Of a stretch of 64,000 bases of DNA, positions 11,501 through 20,625 are shown in pieces. Under the pieces are notes generated by a model, which saw only the letters and a program-made list of their open reading frames with translations, ran no database searches and was not told the origin of the DNA. Source of the stretch: Deltaproteobacteria bacterium (lineage in GTDB: Bacteria > Myxococcota_A > Polyangia > Fen-1088); NCBI GenBank assembly GCA_033763315.1, contig JANRKS010000001.1:192001-256000 (forward strand), in the 5' to 3' direction. Numbering within the stretch: position 1 is the first letter of the stretch; each line of letters starts with the position of its first letter. A program made the position numbers and the translations under genes.

Positions 11501-12546
11501 ACAGATGATGTTGGGTGCGCCGAACCTTGTTCTCGTCGGGACATTATGACGGCCACGACTCGTTGCTCATCAAGCGACAGTGAATCAGGGGCTTGGAGCT
11601 CGTTGGCGCGCGCCGTGGCATCGCGGAGTGAGGCCAACGCGGAAGTGGCGCTGGGTGATCGGTGTGCGCGGGCTTTGATGAGTAGCGAGCCAACCAAACG
11701 GCACAGGCTGGTGGAGGCGTGAGGGCAGATCTTCTCAAGTGGCGTTGGCTCGTCCACGCACACCTTGGCAAGGACCGCCATTGACGTTTCCCCGAAGAAG
11801 GGAGCGGTTCCAAACACAGCCTCGTACAGCACGGAACCCAGCGAGAATAGGTCGGAGCGTCCATCGATGTCGGGCAGCCCACGCGCCTGTTCGGGTGACA
11901 TATAGAGCGGGGTGCCGATGGCAAGGCGCTGTCCACCTGCAGGCGCATCGAACAGCCGTTTCACAACGCCAAAGTCTAGAACTTTGATTCGCTCGGGACT
12001 TCCGTCGCACAGAAATATGTTCGCCGGTTTGAGGTCGCGATGAACAATGCCGCGGCCGTGTGCCACGTGAAGCGCCGAGAGAACTTGGCTTGCAAGGCAG
12101 AGAGCTTGATCGCTTGTCAGCTGTTGCTTCAGCAAATAGCTTTGCAGGTCGCAGCCGGCAAGCCACTCCATCGCAAGATAGGGCTCACCCGTTTCAGCCA
12201 GCCCGTGATCAACATAGGCGACGATGTGAGGGTGGCGAAGCTCTCCTAGCGCTTCGATCTCGCGGAGAAACGAGGCGGTGGCCGAAGGGCTTTGAGTCTT
12301 GAGGAGCTTAACCGCCACAGTCTGTGACGTTTGCCGATCAAGCGCGCGCCACACCGTGCCCATGGCCCCTTGTCCGACCCTCTGACCGAGTTCGAACCGC
12401 CCCTTCAGGGTCTGCCCGCCCCGATCTTCCACATGGAGGTCCTCGGCAGTTCTTGACGAACCTTGAACGCCGCCAACGAACGGCCGAATCAGCTGTTGTG
12501 CGACCGTCGACATCTGTTGTCGGGTGCACAACACCTCAACAAACAC
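8578..12546 (-). CDS. Ser/Thr protein kinase with degenerate cyclase-like region, AAA ATPase and TPR-like repeats (start codon uncertain)
   Basis: GQGAMG, VAVK, HRDLKPAN, DFG, SPE kinase motifs; FVGR, GPAGVGKS Walker A, LLDDIHWAD, GNPFFIEE; helical C-terminus. Confidence 0.92.
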   Translation of the reverse strand: MFVEVLCTRQQMSTVAQQLIRPFVGGVQGSSRTAEDLHVEDRGGQTLKGRFELGQRVGQGAMGTVWRALDRQTSQTVAVKLLKTQSPSATASFLREIEALGELRHPHIVAYVDHGLAETGEPYLAMEWLAGCDLQSYLLKQQLTSDQALCLASQVLSALHVAHGRGIVHRDLKPANIFLCDGSPERIKVLDFGVVKRLFDAPAGGQRLAIGTPLYMSPEQARGLPDIDGRSDLFSLGSVLYEAVFGTAPFFGETSMAVLAKVCVDEPTPLEKICPHASTSLCRLVGSLLIKARAHRSPSATSALASLRDATARANELQAPDSLSLDEQRVVAVIMSRREQGSAHPTSSVASASLPKHVQEGVTAFGFAVNQLIDGTLLLTCSGKATAPELAVKAARCSLTLRRHWPKSSIAISLGKTVVRQGLPFGKLVDETSQRLSSTGPGEISTDEETAGLMSRTFAVRSHRDAWLLVDDAFATPLPVSTQAERSFVGRREEMAAMLRKFARSVERHQLEIAVYTGPAGVGKSRMAAEFLSTVRQRKERFVVWQAQGDALQTASPLRFARQLAMSAFQVQEDTPRKNRRELVERFFTKQGDEHEGSRVYLADLIGATPTGDSENALKSARSDPRFMAEQMALAFGDMIRAACTNHCVVVLLDDIHWADHASVKLLNSAFQSAGRQSCFVIGLARAELNDIHPDIWKDRSIHKCNLEPLNRVESEQLLSQVLATDRAETAAWIAERAEGNPFFIEELARTLKRRGKTQIPDAVLGTVQARLDDLPASARRVLRAASIFGRTFHRDGLLPLLGSDDQNTLEHWLTLLAEEQILGDSAAGTIVFKHDLIREATYQSLTDGDRVLGHKLAGQWLEEQGTSPVAVLLEHYSRACDWPKSCVLAQKAADHAYSAGDLEGAICFCQKAIAYNPEPAQAGTARLTEATCYRWLGKMQQAWEPAQLAMKLLPEGSAAWFKAIDCSAGILGERIHHNDVWALANKARRAIPQDAEAFNERCIAFADLAGCFIDAGMLDDGRALAFEAENAGSNVLRHETKNQILNAQAKVERRQGQLGLARKSNEAALAEAIKAENTLLEANSRNNLSALLLEVGMLEQARLHLEHSLVFARKIRSRFFEGITLANIGQSLLFDGRLGEADGALEQAASCIEGQGLAWIELGVGLYRAHLAIMRKRPEAATPFIAPFLQNTSLVPPYRSYALGLASQMALFENDVTKALSLADEGCRLIDDLSVLPEEGEMYVRLALAEALLAARDTDAAHRVLLRATAALEVKIREMSDAEMESAFLNLPTHKRLFELLNAMETECTRGDNMNEIAPAS

Positions 12547-12621
12547 AAAGCCTTGTAAGTGCGTGATTTGTGACGACCGAAGCTGTGGCGCGGTCCTTGC
12601 TGTATCACCAATGGCTGCAGG

Positions 12622-14001
12622 GTGCGGCCAAGGAGGACGGGCAAATTGCGCAATGTATGGGCTTTGGGATTCGGTTTGGCTGTTTGTGGGTCAGCATGCG
12701 GGGCGTCTGATGGTGTGATGTTGATGGGAGATCCAACAACACAAGGCATCAAGTCCACCAACGGCTTAGCAACCGTGAACGGCCTAACGGCCCTCAATGG
12801 TTTGGCAACGAGCAATGGATTGGCGACGTCAAATGGGCTAGCAACGTCGAACGGCCTTGCGACGTCGAACGGCCTCGCCACATCCAATGGCCTCATGACC
12901 ACCACCGGTGGGCGAGCCACTGTTGAGTACATTGCGAAGTGTGCTCTTTCGAGCGGCGACTACTTCGATAAGCAGGACAACTATGGCACTTGGTACCGCT
13001 ATTACGGAGGCTTGGGCATAGGCTCAGGATGGAAGGCGGGAGCTTGTGACACTGGCTGCCAACAGAGGGTCACGGCCTGTCTATTGTCTCACCTGAACAG
13101 CACCGGCAACCGTGTGCCGATTTTCGTCAACGCGGATCCAAATGTGATGCCGTCTGTAGGCATGAGCATGCCGTACGCGTCCGGCAGCGACGCTGCCATG
13201 CAAGAGGGTGTGTTCTTTGGCAACGTCATTGCGCAGAACCCGCCTTTGGCTTTTTACGTCAAGGGCAACGCGTTCAAGGCGAGCGTTCCTGGCAGGTTGG
13301 GCGCAAGCTCCAGCAATCCGTATAGGCCATTCGAAGGATACCGCCCGGACGAGTCTGGCTGGTACTCGGCGCGCGCGGACAAGCTCTGCCAAACCAAAGA
13401 CATAGGGGACGGCGAACACGTTGACTACAGTCAATGCCAAGCATCAGACGCGCCTTATGCTTATTGGACACGTTCGTGGTTGAATGTGATGACGACGTAC
13501 GTGAACAGCAACTACAACGGATCCGTCACGCAAAATTTTGCAGTGAATACCTTCAACTTCGATACCGATACGACGGGCTTTAAGACCTCGTCGCCAGGTG
13601 AAGTCTGGAGCAGGTCGGGCAGCTTCGACTTCTCAAACGGCGTTGCTTGGTCAACATCTGGCAGGCTCGAAGTCGTGGATAACCATGGTGGCCGCCGTCT
13701 TTGCCCTGGCGGCGACCGCGAGCACGTTGTGATCACGAAGAATGGTGGCGAACCCTTCTCATTGACGGCGTTACGCTTGAACCACCGCTTCGATACAGCC
13801 GCTTCGACTGCAACCATCACTGGATATGTGAAGGGATCAAGCATGCGAAAGCAAATGACGGTCACGATTCCGGCCACCACCAACAATGCCAGCACCGCAA
13901 ACGTAGCGCCTACATTCTCGGGTTGGGACAATCTCATCAAAGTGGAGATTCGCGAAGTGGGCAGTATGTTTTGCGTGGACGACATCGGTCTGAAGTCGTA
14001 A
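12622..14001 (+). CDS. Exported lipoprotein with xxxNGL hexapeptide repeats, Cys-rich domain and beta-rich C-terminal domain
   Basis: GSAC lipobox; 8 NGL repeats; KCAL...GLG...W...CDTGCQQRVTACLL...EGVFFGN. Confidence 0.8.
   Translation: MRPRRTGKLRNVWALGFGLAVCGSACGASDGVMLMGDPTTQGIKSTNGLATVNGLTALNGLATSNGLATSNGLATSNGLATSNGLATSNGLMTTTGGRATVEYIAKCALSSGDYFDKQDNYGTWYRYYGGLGIGSGWKAGACDTGCQQRVTACLLSHLNSTGNRVPIFVNADPNVMPSVGMSMPYASGSDAAMQEGVFFGNVIAQNPPLAFYVKGNAFKASVPGRLGASSSNPYRPFEGYRPDESGWYSARADKLCQTKDIGDGEHVDYSQCQASDAPYAYWTRSWLNVMTTYVNSNYNGSVTQNFAVNTFNFDTDTTGFKTSSPGEVWSRSGSFDFSNGVAWSTSGRLEVVDNHGGRRLCPGGDREHVVITKNGGEPFSLTALRLNHRFDTAASTATITGYVKGSSMRKQMTVTIPATTNNASTANVAPTFSGWDNLIKVEIREVGSMFCVDDIGLKS
12751..12894 (+). 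repeat. 8 x 18-bp degenerate coding repeat (xxxNGL; 5 x ATSNGL)
   Basis: Five units are identical in protein but differ at synonymous positions. Confidence 0.9.
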
Positions 14002-14026
14002 GCGAAGCGCAGCAACAACAGCAATG

Positions 14027-14051
14027 AGCCGGCCCTAAGGTCGGCTTTTTT
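14027..14051 (+). terminator. Rho-independent terminator
   Basis: AGCCGGCC-CTAA-GGTCGGCT stem-loop followed by a T tract, 25 nt after the stop codon. Confidence 0.85.
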
Positions 14052-14131
14052 GCGTGTTGTATCCCTAGGTGCAGCTTCGCAATAACAATGCGTGAAAACA
14101 CCAGCAGCTTCGGTGGCGTGATGGCAAAAGA

Positions 14132-14163
14132 ATAATCTTGAAGTTATATAACGTAAAGATTAT
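14132..14163. promoter_or_regulatory. 32-bp AT-rich palindrome, probable ArsR autoregulatory operator
   Basis: ATAATCTT-gaa-GTTATATAAC-gta-AAGATTAT, ending 9 nt before the ArsR start. Confidence 0.75.
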
Positions 14164-14172
14164 AGATTAACG

Positions 14173-14514
14173 GTGCAGGAAGCTCAAACGTTGGCGCGCA
14201 CTTTTACCGCGCTTGCAGATCCGACCCGCAGGGCAATCCTGGCGCGGCTGGCGCAGGGGGAGGCCACTGTGAACGAACTTGCGGAACCTTTCGCGATTTC
14301 GCAGCCGGCCATCTCGCGCCACATCCGTGTGCTGTTAGACGCAGGGCTCATCACTCAACGCACTGATGGAACCAAACGTCCGTGTCGCCTCGCGCCCGAA
14401 GCGCTGCTTGAGCTCGATCAATACCTGCAGATGCTGCGACGAGCGCTGCAAACCAACTATCGACGCCTGGACCAACTTTTAGCCACACAAACGAAAAAGG
14501 GAGAGAGGCCATGA
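14173..14514 (+). CDS. ArsR/SmtB family transcriptional regulator
   Basis: FTALADPTRRAIL...SQPAISRHIRVL..AGLI. Confidence 0.93.
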   Translation: MQEAQTLARTFTALADPTRRAILARLAQGEATVNELAEPFAISQPAISRHIRVLLDAGLITQRTDGTKRPCRLAPEALLELDQYLQMLRRALQTNYRRLDQLLATQTKKGERP

Positions 14515-14990
14515 GCGAATTGGTGCTGACGACTGAAGGCGAAACGCATGTGATCGTGAAGCGAAGGTTTGAAGCCTCGCCTGAGGCGGTGTACCGCGCG
14601 CACACGGATCCGAAGTTGATCCAGCAGTGGTGCCTTGGCCCTGATGGTTGGACGATGCCAGTGTGTGTGAACGAGAATAAACCTGGTGGCAAGATCCGCT
14701 ATGAGTGGACCAACGGCGAGGGCGCCAGCTTTTTCCTTACCGGCGAATTGCTTGAACTAGAGCCCCCGCATCGCATTGTGCACGTTGAACGAATGCACAT
14801 GCCGGATCCAACGCCCGACAACCATGTGACCACAACTTTCGTGGCCGATGGCTCAGGGACACTTATGACCATGCGCATGTCGCTGCCCGACGCTGAAACC
14901 CGCAAAGCAATGCTGGCCACCGGCATGGATCAAGGAATGGAAGCATCGTACCAGCGGCTTGAACGTGTTTCGGGATGGGTGAGGGCCTGA
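14511..14990 (+). CDS. SRPBCC (AHSA1-like) domain protein
   Basis: RRFEASPEAVYRAHTDP..IQQW, ELEPPHRIVHVE; ATGA overlap with ArsR gene. Confidence 0.9.
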   Translation: MSELVLTTEGETHVIVKRRFEASPEAVYRAHTDPKLIQQWCLGPDGWTMPVCVNENKPGGKIRYEWTNGEGASFFLTGELLELEPPHRIVHVERMHMPDPTPDNHVTTTFVADGSGTLMTMRMSLPDAETRKAMLATGMDQGMEASYQRLERVSGWVRA

Positions 14991-15406
14991 TGAGCAACGA
15001 GAACGTCCAGCCCACACCCAGGCCCAGTGTCCACGTCAGCATCGATGTGCCGGAGCTTGAGGCGGGTTTGCAGTTTTATGGCGAAGTCTTCGGCTTTGTG
15101 GAAACAGCGCGGCCATTTGCCACCATGGCCGTGCTCGATGCCAACAACGTAACCGTGTGCATGCATGAAAAGCAGGCAGGCAGCAAAAGCTCCGCAGGCG
15201 GCGTCGACCAGCGCCGCTACGAACGCCATTGGACCCCGGTGCACCTTGATCTGCACGTTCATGATTTCGACGACGTGCTGAACCGGGTGCGCTCGCTGGG
15301 CGGATCGATCGAAAATGAGTTTCGCACCCAAGGCCCCAGGCCGGTCGCGTTCTGCAGTGACCCCTTCGGCAATGGTTTCTGCGTGCTGGGTGAGCGAGTG
15401 GGCTAG
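14990..15406 (+). CDS. VOC/glyoxalase family protein
   Basis: IDVPELEAGLQFYGEVFG, VHLDLHV, DPFGNGFC. Confidence 0.88.
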   Translation: MSNENVQPTPRPSVHVSIDVPELEAGLQFYGEVFGFVETARPFATMAVLDANNVTVCMHEKQAGSKSSAGGVDQRRYERHWTPVHLDLHVHDFDDVLNRVRSLGGSIENEFRTQGPRPVAFCSDPFGNGFCVLGERVG

Positions 15407-15468
15407 CGTGTCGTGCGAGAGCCCTCACTCTCTTTCGCGAACGCGCCCGCCATCAACCAGGTGCGCTG

Positions 15469-16956
15469 CTAGCTCCACACGTTTGTCTCGAGAACGTCCA
15501 GCATGCGTAGCGCGACAGAGCCTGAGGGATAACCGGCGGCTTCATAGACTTCCGGTGCGTGTTGTGTGGCTGTTGCACGGCGCAGTTGTGCAATCAATTG
15601 GCTCCGATCCCTGTCGATGAGAGCGCGTTCGCCATCGCTCAACTGCGGCCCGGCCCATGTGGCGATGGCGTGAGAAAGCGCGGCGTGTTTCAGCTCATCC
15701 TCGGCGATGCGGGCGAACACGGCCTTGGCGCGCGGATCAGAAGCGGCCTGCGCTTGGTAGGCCGCGACGAACGCACCGAAGGTTTCGCGCACGCAACCTT
15801 CCACGGCGTTCTCATGCGCCATGTCGAAGAGCGATTTCGGCGCGCGCCTCGGCACACGCACGTCTTGTGACGTGCCCCCCGCTCGTGCGGCAAGCTCAAA
15901 CACAACCGCCGCATGCCGCGTTTCATCTTCAGCGCTGCTTAAGGCCTCCGCAATCAAGCCATGGGGCGCGTTGAGACGCCGCAAATCTTCGGCCAGCATG
16001 TGAAAGGCCGGTATGGATGCGGCTTCAAGCCCAGCGCACTCCGACCAAAACTCTGCCAACGATCCCCACCTCGCCTGCGGGGCGTTTTGTGTGTCGCAGC
16101 CATCTGGAATGCGGCCGATGGCACACCCACTGCGCTTGGTTTCGATCACTTCGGTTGTGGGCGCAGCGCCGCTGTGAGGCACCTTGATTTTCAACCATGA
16201 GTCCGTTCCGCTGCACACGGCCTGAAACGCGACGACCGTAAAAGCATCGCCGTCGCATGTCACACCGGACCGTTTGTCGCTGCATTCCAAACTCGAAGCG
16301 GAAAAATACTGCGCTACAGCTGACGCCTCCGCGACTGTGTCGATGGGTGCCAAGAATTGCGCCAGCGCCTCGGCCGTCTTCATGATGGTGATGCCCTGTT
16401 CACTCTTCGCCAATAAGAATGACTCGCCGGGATCGCAGCCACCAAATTCACAACCTCCGTCAGGGATTTGCGACGGCGGACGAACGAACTGGCTGATGGC
16501 GTCGTTGATTTCGCTTTGACACTCTTGCGGTTGAGCTTCGTTGGCGCACGACCGGCCGTGTTCAAGTTGAATCGTTCGGCCGCGGCCCGTCGCCCAATAG
16601 CTCACACTTTTGGTGGGACGAAAGCGGGCAAAATCGGGCATCACCTGTTGCGGGTCACAGCCGAGCAAGCCCTGCGCTTCTTGGCAGATGGTCGGCGCGA
16701 CGCCTTTGCCGCCTTGCCCGCCACCAGCTTGCCCGCCTTGGCCACCGCTGCCAGGAACACCGGCCGTGCCTCCCGTGGGCCCTGAAATAGGGTCGCTCCC
16801 GCAGGCCGCGACACCCACGCCAATGCCAAGCCCTACCCCTATTGCCATTGCCTCTTGCAACGCGCGTTTGAGCACCCCTCGCAGGCGAATGGCTTGCTGT
16901 TCCTGTAGGGGAAGATCAGACAGAGTCGTTTGGGTCTTGTTCGGCGGTGTTGGCAT
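15469..16956 (-). CDS. Ferritin-like (di-iron carboxylate) domain lipoprotein
   Basis: VAAC lipobox, Gly linker; LEAASIPAF, EDETRHA, ENAVEGCVRE, EDELKHA. Confidence 0.82.
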   Translation of the reverse strand: MPTPPNKTQTTLSDLPLQEQQAIRLRGVLKRALQEAMAIGVGLGIGVGVAACGSDPISGPTGGTAGVPGSGGQGGQAGGGQGGKGVAPTICQEAQGLLGCDPQQVMPDFARFRPTKSVSYWATGRGRTIQLEHGRSCANEAQPQECQSEINDAISQFVRPPSQIPDGGCEFGGCDPGESFLLAKSEQGITIMKTAEALAQFLAPIDTVAEASAVAQYFSASSLECSDKRSGVTCDGDAFTVVAFQAVCSGTDSWLKIKVPHSGAAPTTEVIETKRSGCAIGRIPDGCDTQNAPQARWGSLAEFWSECAGLEAASIPAFHMLAEDLRRLNAPHGLIAEALSSAEDETRHAAVVFELAARAGGTSQDVRVPRRAPKSLFDMAHENAVEGCVRETFGAFVAAYQAQAASDPRAKAVFARIAEDELKHAALSHAIATWAGPQLSDGERALIDRDRSQLIAQLRRATATQHAPEVYEAAGYPSGSVALRMLDVLETNVWS

Positions 16957-17174
16957 CCATTGGTATTGTGCAATGGGTGGGCCAAGATAAATGCGCAGTT
17001 TCTGGATGTATTTGCTGCCCACGCGCACCAAATCTCTCGAATTGCCAAATGGCACCTGACATGAATGTCGCGAAGCCGTCACGCCGCTGCAACGCTATGG
17101 CTTACAAAGACGGCGCCTGTTCACTTGGTGCCAGCGGGCGCCTAAGAATACGCGCCCGCTGTTGTGTTTACGCC

Positions 17175-19079
17175 TTACGCTCGCGCCATCAGCTCAGTCA
17201 CGAGCTTCGCGAACGCCGCCGGGTTCTCCAGGTGCCCGCCTTCTGCCAGCAACGCCTGCCCGTAAAGCAGCGTTGTTAGGTCCTTGAAGCCGCTGCTGTC
17301 TTTGTCGGATTTGCAGCGCTCTTGCAGCTTGAGCACAGCAGGGTGCGTGGGGTTGATCTCCAAAATGCGCTTGGTGCGCGGCACGTTTTGACCGGATAGG
17401 CGCATCAAGCGTTCCATTTGCGGCGTCATGTCGCCCTTGTCGGAGATAAGGCACGCCGCGGAGTTGGTGAGCCGATCGGAAAGGCGCACGTCTTTGACGT
17501 CGTCTTGCAAGGACGCGCGTACGGCGGAAAGCAAATCCGCGAACGTGGCTTTGTTCTCTTCCGTGGCCTTCTTGGCTTCTTCGCCTTCAGGCAGCTTCAC
17601 GTCGCTGCCGTCAGCGGCCACGAACTTCTTGCCGCCGAAGCCCTCGTGGTTGTCTTGCAGCCACATCTCATCAACCGGATCCGTGAAGATCAAAACGTCG
17701 ATGCCTTTGGCCTTAAACGCCTCGAGGTGCGGCGAATTCAAGGCCAAATCGGCCGTGGGGCTGGTGAGGTAATAGATCGCCTCTTGCTCGGGCTTGCACG
17801 CGTCAGCGTACTCCTGCAGCGAGATGAGCGAGCCGGTCTTCTGCACGGACGTGGCCAAAACCAAGTCCAAAACCTTCTCGTTGCGCTCGGGCGTGTGCAG
17901 CAGACCTTCCTTCAACACAGCACCGAATTCTTTCCACAGCGCTTCGTAACCCGCACGATCGTCGGTGAGCTTCTTGGCGAACCACTCCACCGTCTTCTTC
18001 ACCAGCTGCCGCTTGATAACGCGCACTTGCCCGTTGCTTTGCAGCACCTCGCGTGAAACGTTGAGCGGCAGATCTTCGGCGTCCACCACGCCCTTCACGA
18101 AGCGCAAGTAGTTGGGAAGCAGCTCCGTGCATTCGTCCAAGATGAAGATGCGTTTGACGTAAAGGTGCACGCCAGCGCGTGACATATCGGGGCGGAACAG
18201 ATCGCGAGGCGCCGTGGATGGCACAAACAGCAACGCGCGCGCCTCGATTGTGCCTTCGATCTTCGTCAGCACGCGGCCCGCGGGATCATGCCAATCATGC
18301 GTGAGGTGGCGGTAAAACTGCTGGTATTCCTCATCTGTCACTTCCTTTTCAGGACGCATCCAGATGGCCTTCATCGAGTTCAGCGTTTTGTCTTCAAACT
18401 CGATGGTCTTGTCGTCGCCGTCGCCGGTGGGCGCCTTGCGCTGTTGCGTGATGATGGGATACGCAACGAAGTCGGAATACTTTTGCACCAACTGGCGCAA
18501 CGTCCACGTGTTGGTGTAATCGCCGATGCCTTCGTCGTCGTTGGCAGGCTTTAACAACAAACTCACAGTGGTGCCCACGGGGGCGTCGTCCACAGTTTCG
18601 ATCGTATAGCTTCCGTCGCCCGTGGAAACCCACTTGTGCGCGAGCGTCGTGCCGGCCTTGCGCGACACCACGGTCACTTGATTGGCCACCAGGAAGCTCG
18701 AGTAAAAGCCCACGCCGAACTGACCGATCAAGTCAGGTCGCGATTGAGCGTCGCTCTTAGAAACTTGTTCCAAAAACTCTTTGGTGCCCGAGCGCGCGAT
18801 GGTGCCCAAGTTGTTGACCAAATCTTCCTTGGTCATGCCGATGCCATTGTCGCGGATGGAAAGCGTGCGCGTCGGCGTATCCACATCCAGACGAATATGC
18901 AGGTTGTCTTCGGCGATGGCCGGCTCGGTCAACGCGGCGAAGCGTCGCTTGTCTAAGGCATCCGACGCGTTCGAGATAAGCTCGCGCAGAAAGATGTCTT
19001 TGTTGGAATACAAGGAGTGGATCATCAGATCCAACAGCCGCTTCGTCTCGGCCTGGAAGTTGTGTGTTTCTTGCGACAT
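17175..19079 (-). CDS. htpG: Hsp90 chaperone HtpG
   Basis: FQAE, YSNKDIFLRELISNASDALDK, IGQFGVGFYS, LPLNVSRE; true start MSQETHNF. Confidence 0.97.
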   Translation of the reverse strand: MSQETHNFQAETKRLLDLMIHSLYSNKDIFLRELISNASDALDKRRFAALTEPAIAEDNLHIRLDVDTPTRTLSIRDNGIGMTKEDLVNNLGTIARSGTKEFLEQVSKSDAQSRPDLIGQFGVGFYSSFLVANQVTVVSRKAGTTLAHKWVSTGDGSYTIETVDDAPVGTTVSLLLKPANDDEGIGDYTNTWTLRQLVQKYSDFVAYPIITQQRKAPTGDGDDKTIEFEDKTLNSMKAIWMRPEKEVTDEEYQQFYRHLTHDWHDPAGRVLTKIEGTIEARALLFVPSTAPRDLFRPDMSRAGVHLYVKRIFILDECTELLPNYLRFVKGVVDAEDLPLNVSREVLQSNGQVRVIKRQLVKKTVEWFAKKLTDDRAGYEALWKEFGAVLKEGLLHTPERNEKVLDLVLATSVQKTGSLISLQEYADACKPEQEAIYYLTSPTADLALNSPHLEAFKAKGIDVLIFTDPVDEMWLQDNHEGFGGKKFVAADGSDVKLPEGEEAKKATEENKATFADLLSAVRASLQDDVKDVRLSDRLTNSAACLISDKGDMTPQMERLMRLSGQNVPRTKRILEINPTHPAVLKLQERCKSDKDSSGFKDLTTLLYGQALLAEGGHLENPAAFAKLVTELMARA

Positions 19080-19205
19080 GGTCCGAAAGGTTGTGCGGGT
19101 TATGACGCGTGGGCGTCGATGTGGCCTGCAGTGTAATGCAGGATTGTCCGTGGGCAAGGCCACGCCATGGGCAGCCCCGGCGAAGCCGCGTAGACTGTAG
19201 TCACC

Positions 19206-19757
19206 ATGAACGCGCCGTCTACTGGTCCTGTAAAAGAGCTTTGGTTGGTCCGGCATGGTCAAACCACCAGCAACCGCGATGGCCTTCTGGCCGGCTGGGA
19301 TGACGTGAGCCTCACAGAGGTGGGCGAAGCCCAAGCGCGCGCCTTGCGTGAACGTTTGGCGGGGGAGCTGTTCGATCAAGCCTGGTCGTCAGATTTGTTA
19401 AGGGCGGTGCGCACGGCGGAGCTGGGGTATGGGCCCGTGCCCGCGGACCGGCGGCTGCGTGAAATCGATTTTGGTGAGCTGGATCGTTTGCCGTGGACCA
19501 CCTTGGCCACAGAACACAAAGACGCGCTTTTGGCGTTCGATGGCTTCGTAGCACCGGGGGGCGAATCGCTAATGCAGCTTGAGGAGCGTGTGGTGGGCTT
19601 CATTGATGAATTGCCGCCTGGCCGTCATCTCTTGTTCACCCACGGCGGCGTCATCCGTTTGTTGTGTCACCGGTTGGGCCAGCCCGAATTCGTGCAGCCA
19701 GGTACGATCACGGTCATCGATTGGCATACCCGCACGTTACTTCGACGAAGCGCGTGA
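19206..19757 (+). CDS. Histidine phosphatase (phosphoglycerate mutase) family protein
   Basis: LVRHGQT, SSDLLRA, EIDFG, THGG. Confidence 0.92.
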   Translation: MNAPSTGPVKELWLVRHGQTTSNRDGLLAGWDDVSLTEVGEAQARALRERLAGELFDQAWSSDLLRAVRTAELGYGPVPADRRLREIDFGELDRLPWTTLATEHKDALLAFDGFVAPGGESLMQLEERVVGFIDELPPGRHLLFTHGGVIRLLCHRLGQPEFVQPGTITVIDWHTRTLLRRSA

Positions 19758-19791
19758 TTGACGCGCCTGCCAGGGTGCTTCCGTGGTACAC

Positions 19792-20535
19792 ATGCGAAGT
19801 TTTCAGGTTGGCCGCATCTTCGGTTTCCCGATCAAGGTGAACTTATCGTTCTTGATTTTGCTCGGCGCCGTGTGGCTGTGGTTTGGCGGCTTGCCAGGCG
19901 TGGCTTTGATGGCCGTGGCGTTCACCAGCGTGGTGGCGCACGAGTTGGGGCACGCCTTGGTGGCGCGGCAGCTTGGCGTTCGGACGAAGGAAATCGAACT
20001 TGGTTTTCTCGGCGGTGCGGCGAAGATCTTAGACCTGCCCCGCCGCCCTGGCGACGAGATCGCCATCGCCGCCGCTGGCCCCGCCGTATCGTTTGCTCTT
20101 GCAGGCCTAAGCTACGCCGTGGCTTCGTTGATTGATAGCTCCGCGCTCGCCTGGGTCGCGATCATCAACTTGGGCATCGCTCTCTTCAATTTGGTGCCCG
20201 CCTTGCCCATGGACGGGGGCCGCATCTTGCGCGCGCTGCTGTCGATGCGCATGGGTTATGGATCTGCCACCCGCGTGGCGGTGAAGGTAGCGCGCGGTTT
20301 GGCGTTGGTGTTGGGCGGCGTGGGCCTTGTGACCTTGCACCTGCAACTGGTGGCAGTAGCGTTCTTCGTGTGGCTCGCCAGTGGCGCCGAATTGCGCGCT
20401 GCGCGCTTTGTGAATCCGTATGCGGATCACGAAACGCCCGTGGCTGTGGAATACATTCCGCCGCAAGCGTGGCCACCCAAACCGCAGCCGCCGTTTGCGC
20501 GCGGCCCGGTGCGCGTGGTTGTGTTTCGCACTTAA
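19792..20535 (+). CDS. Site-2 protease (peptidase M50)
   Basis: HELGH, AGP, FNLVPALPMDGGR; multiple TM segments. Confidence 0.93.
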   Translation: MRSFQVGRIFGFPIKVNLSFLILLGAVWLWFGGLPGVALMAVAFTSVVAHELGHALVARQLGVRTKEIELGFLGGAAKILDLPRRPGDEIAIAAAGPAVSFALAGLSYAVASLIDSSALAWVAIINLGIALFNLVPALPMDGGRILRALLSMRMGYGSATRVAVKVARGLALVLGGVGLVTLHLQLVAVAFFVWLASGAELRAARFVNPYADHETPVAVEYIPPQAWPPKPQPPFARGPVRVVVFRT

Positions 20536-20625
20536 AGAACGGGCAACACACGACCAGCGCTCAAGTCGTCTTCCAGCTGAGCGCGTCCCGATGCGTTCTG
20601 CACTCCGCAAGTGGCGAACGCTGTT

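Noticed and set aside
12751-12894. CRISPR-like array
   Set aside because: 18-bp in-frame coding units with no spacers and no cas genes
19154-19167. Sigma-54 promoter for htpG (TGGCGTGGCCTTGC, minus strand)
   Set aside because: GG-to-GC spacing is 9 nt rather than the required 10
19080-19379. 100-aa N-terminal extension of HtpG in the ORF track
   Set aside because: Overlaps the divergent phosphatase gene; the conserved start is MSQETHNFQAE
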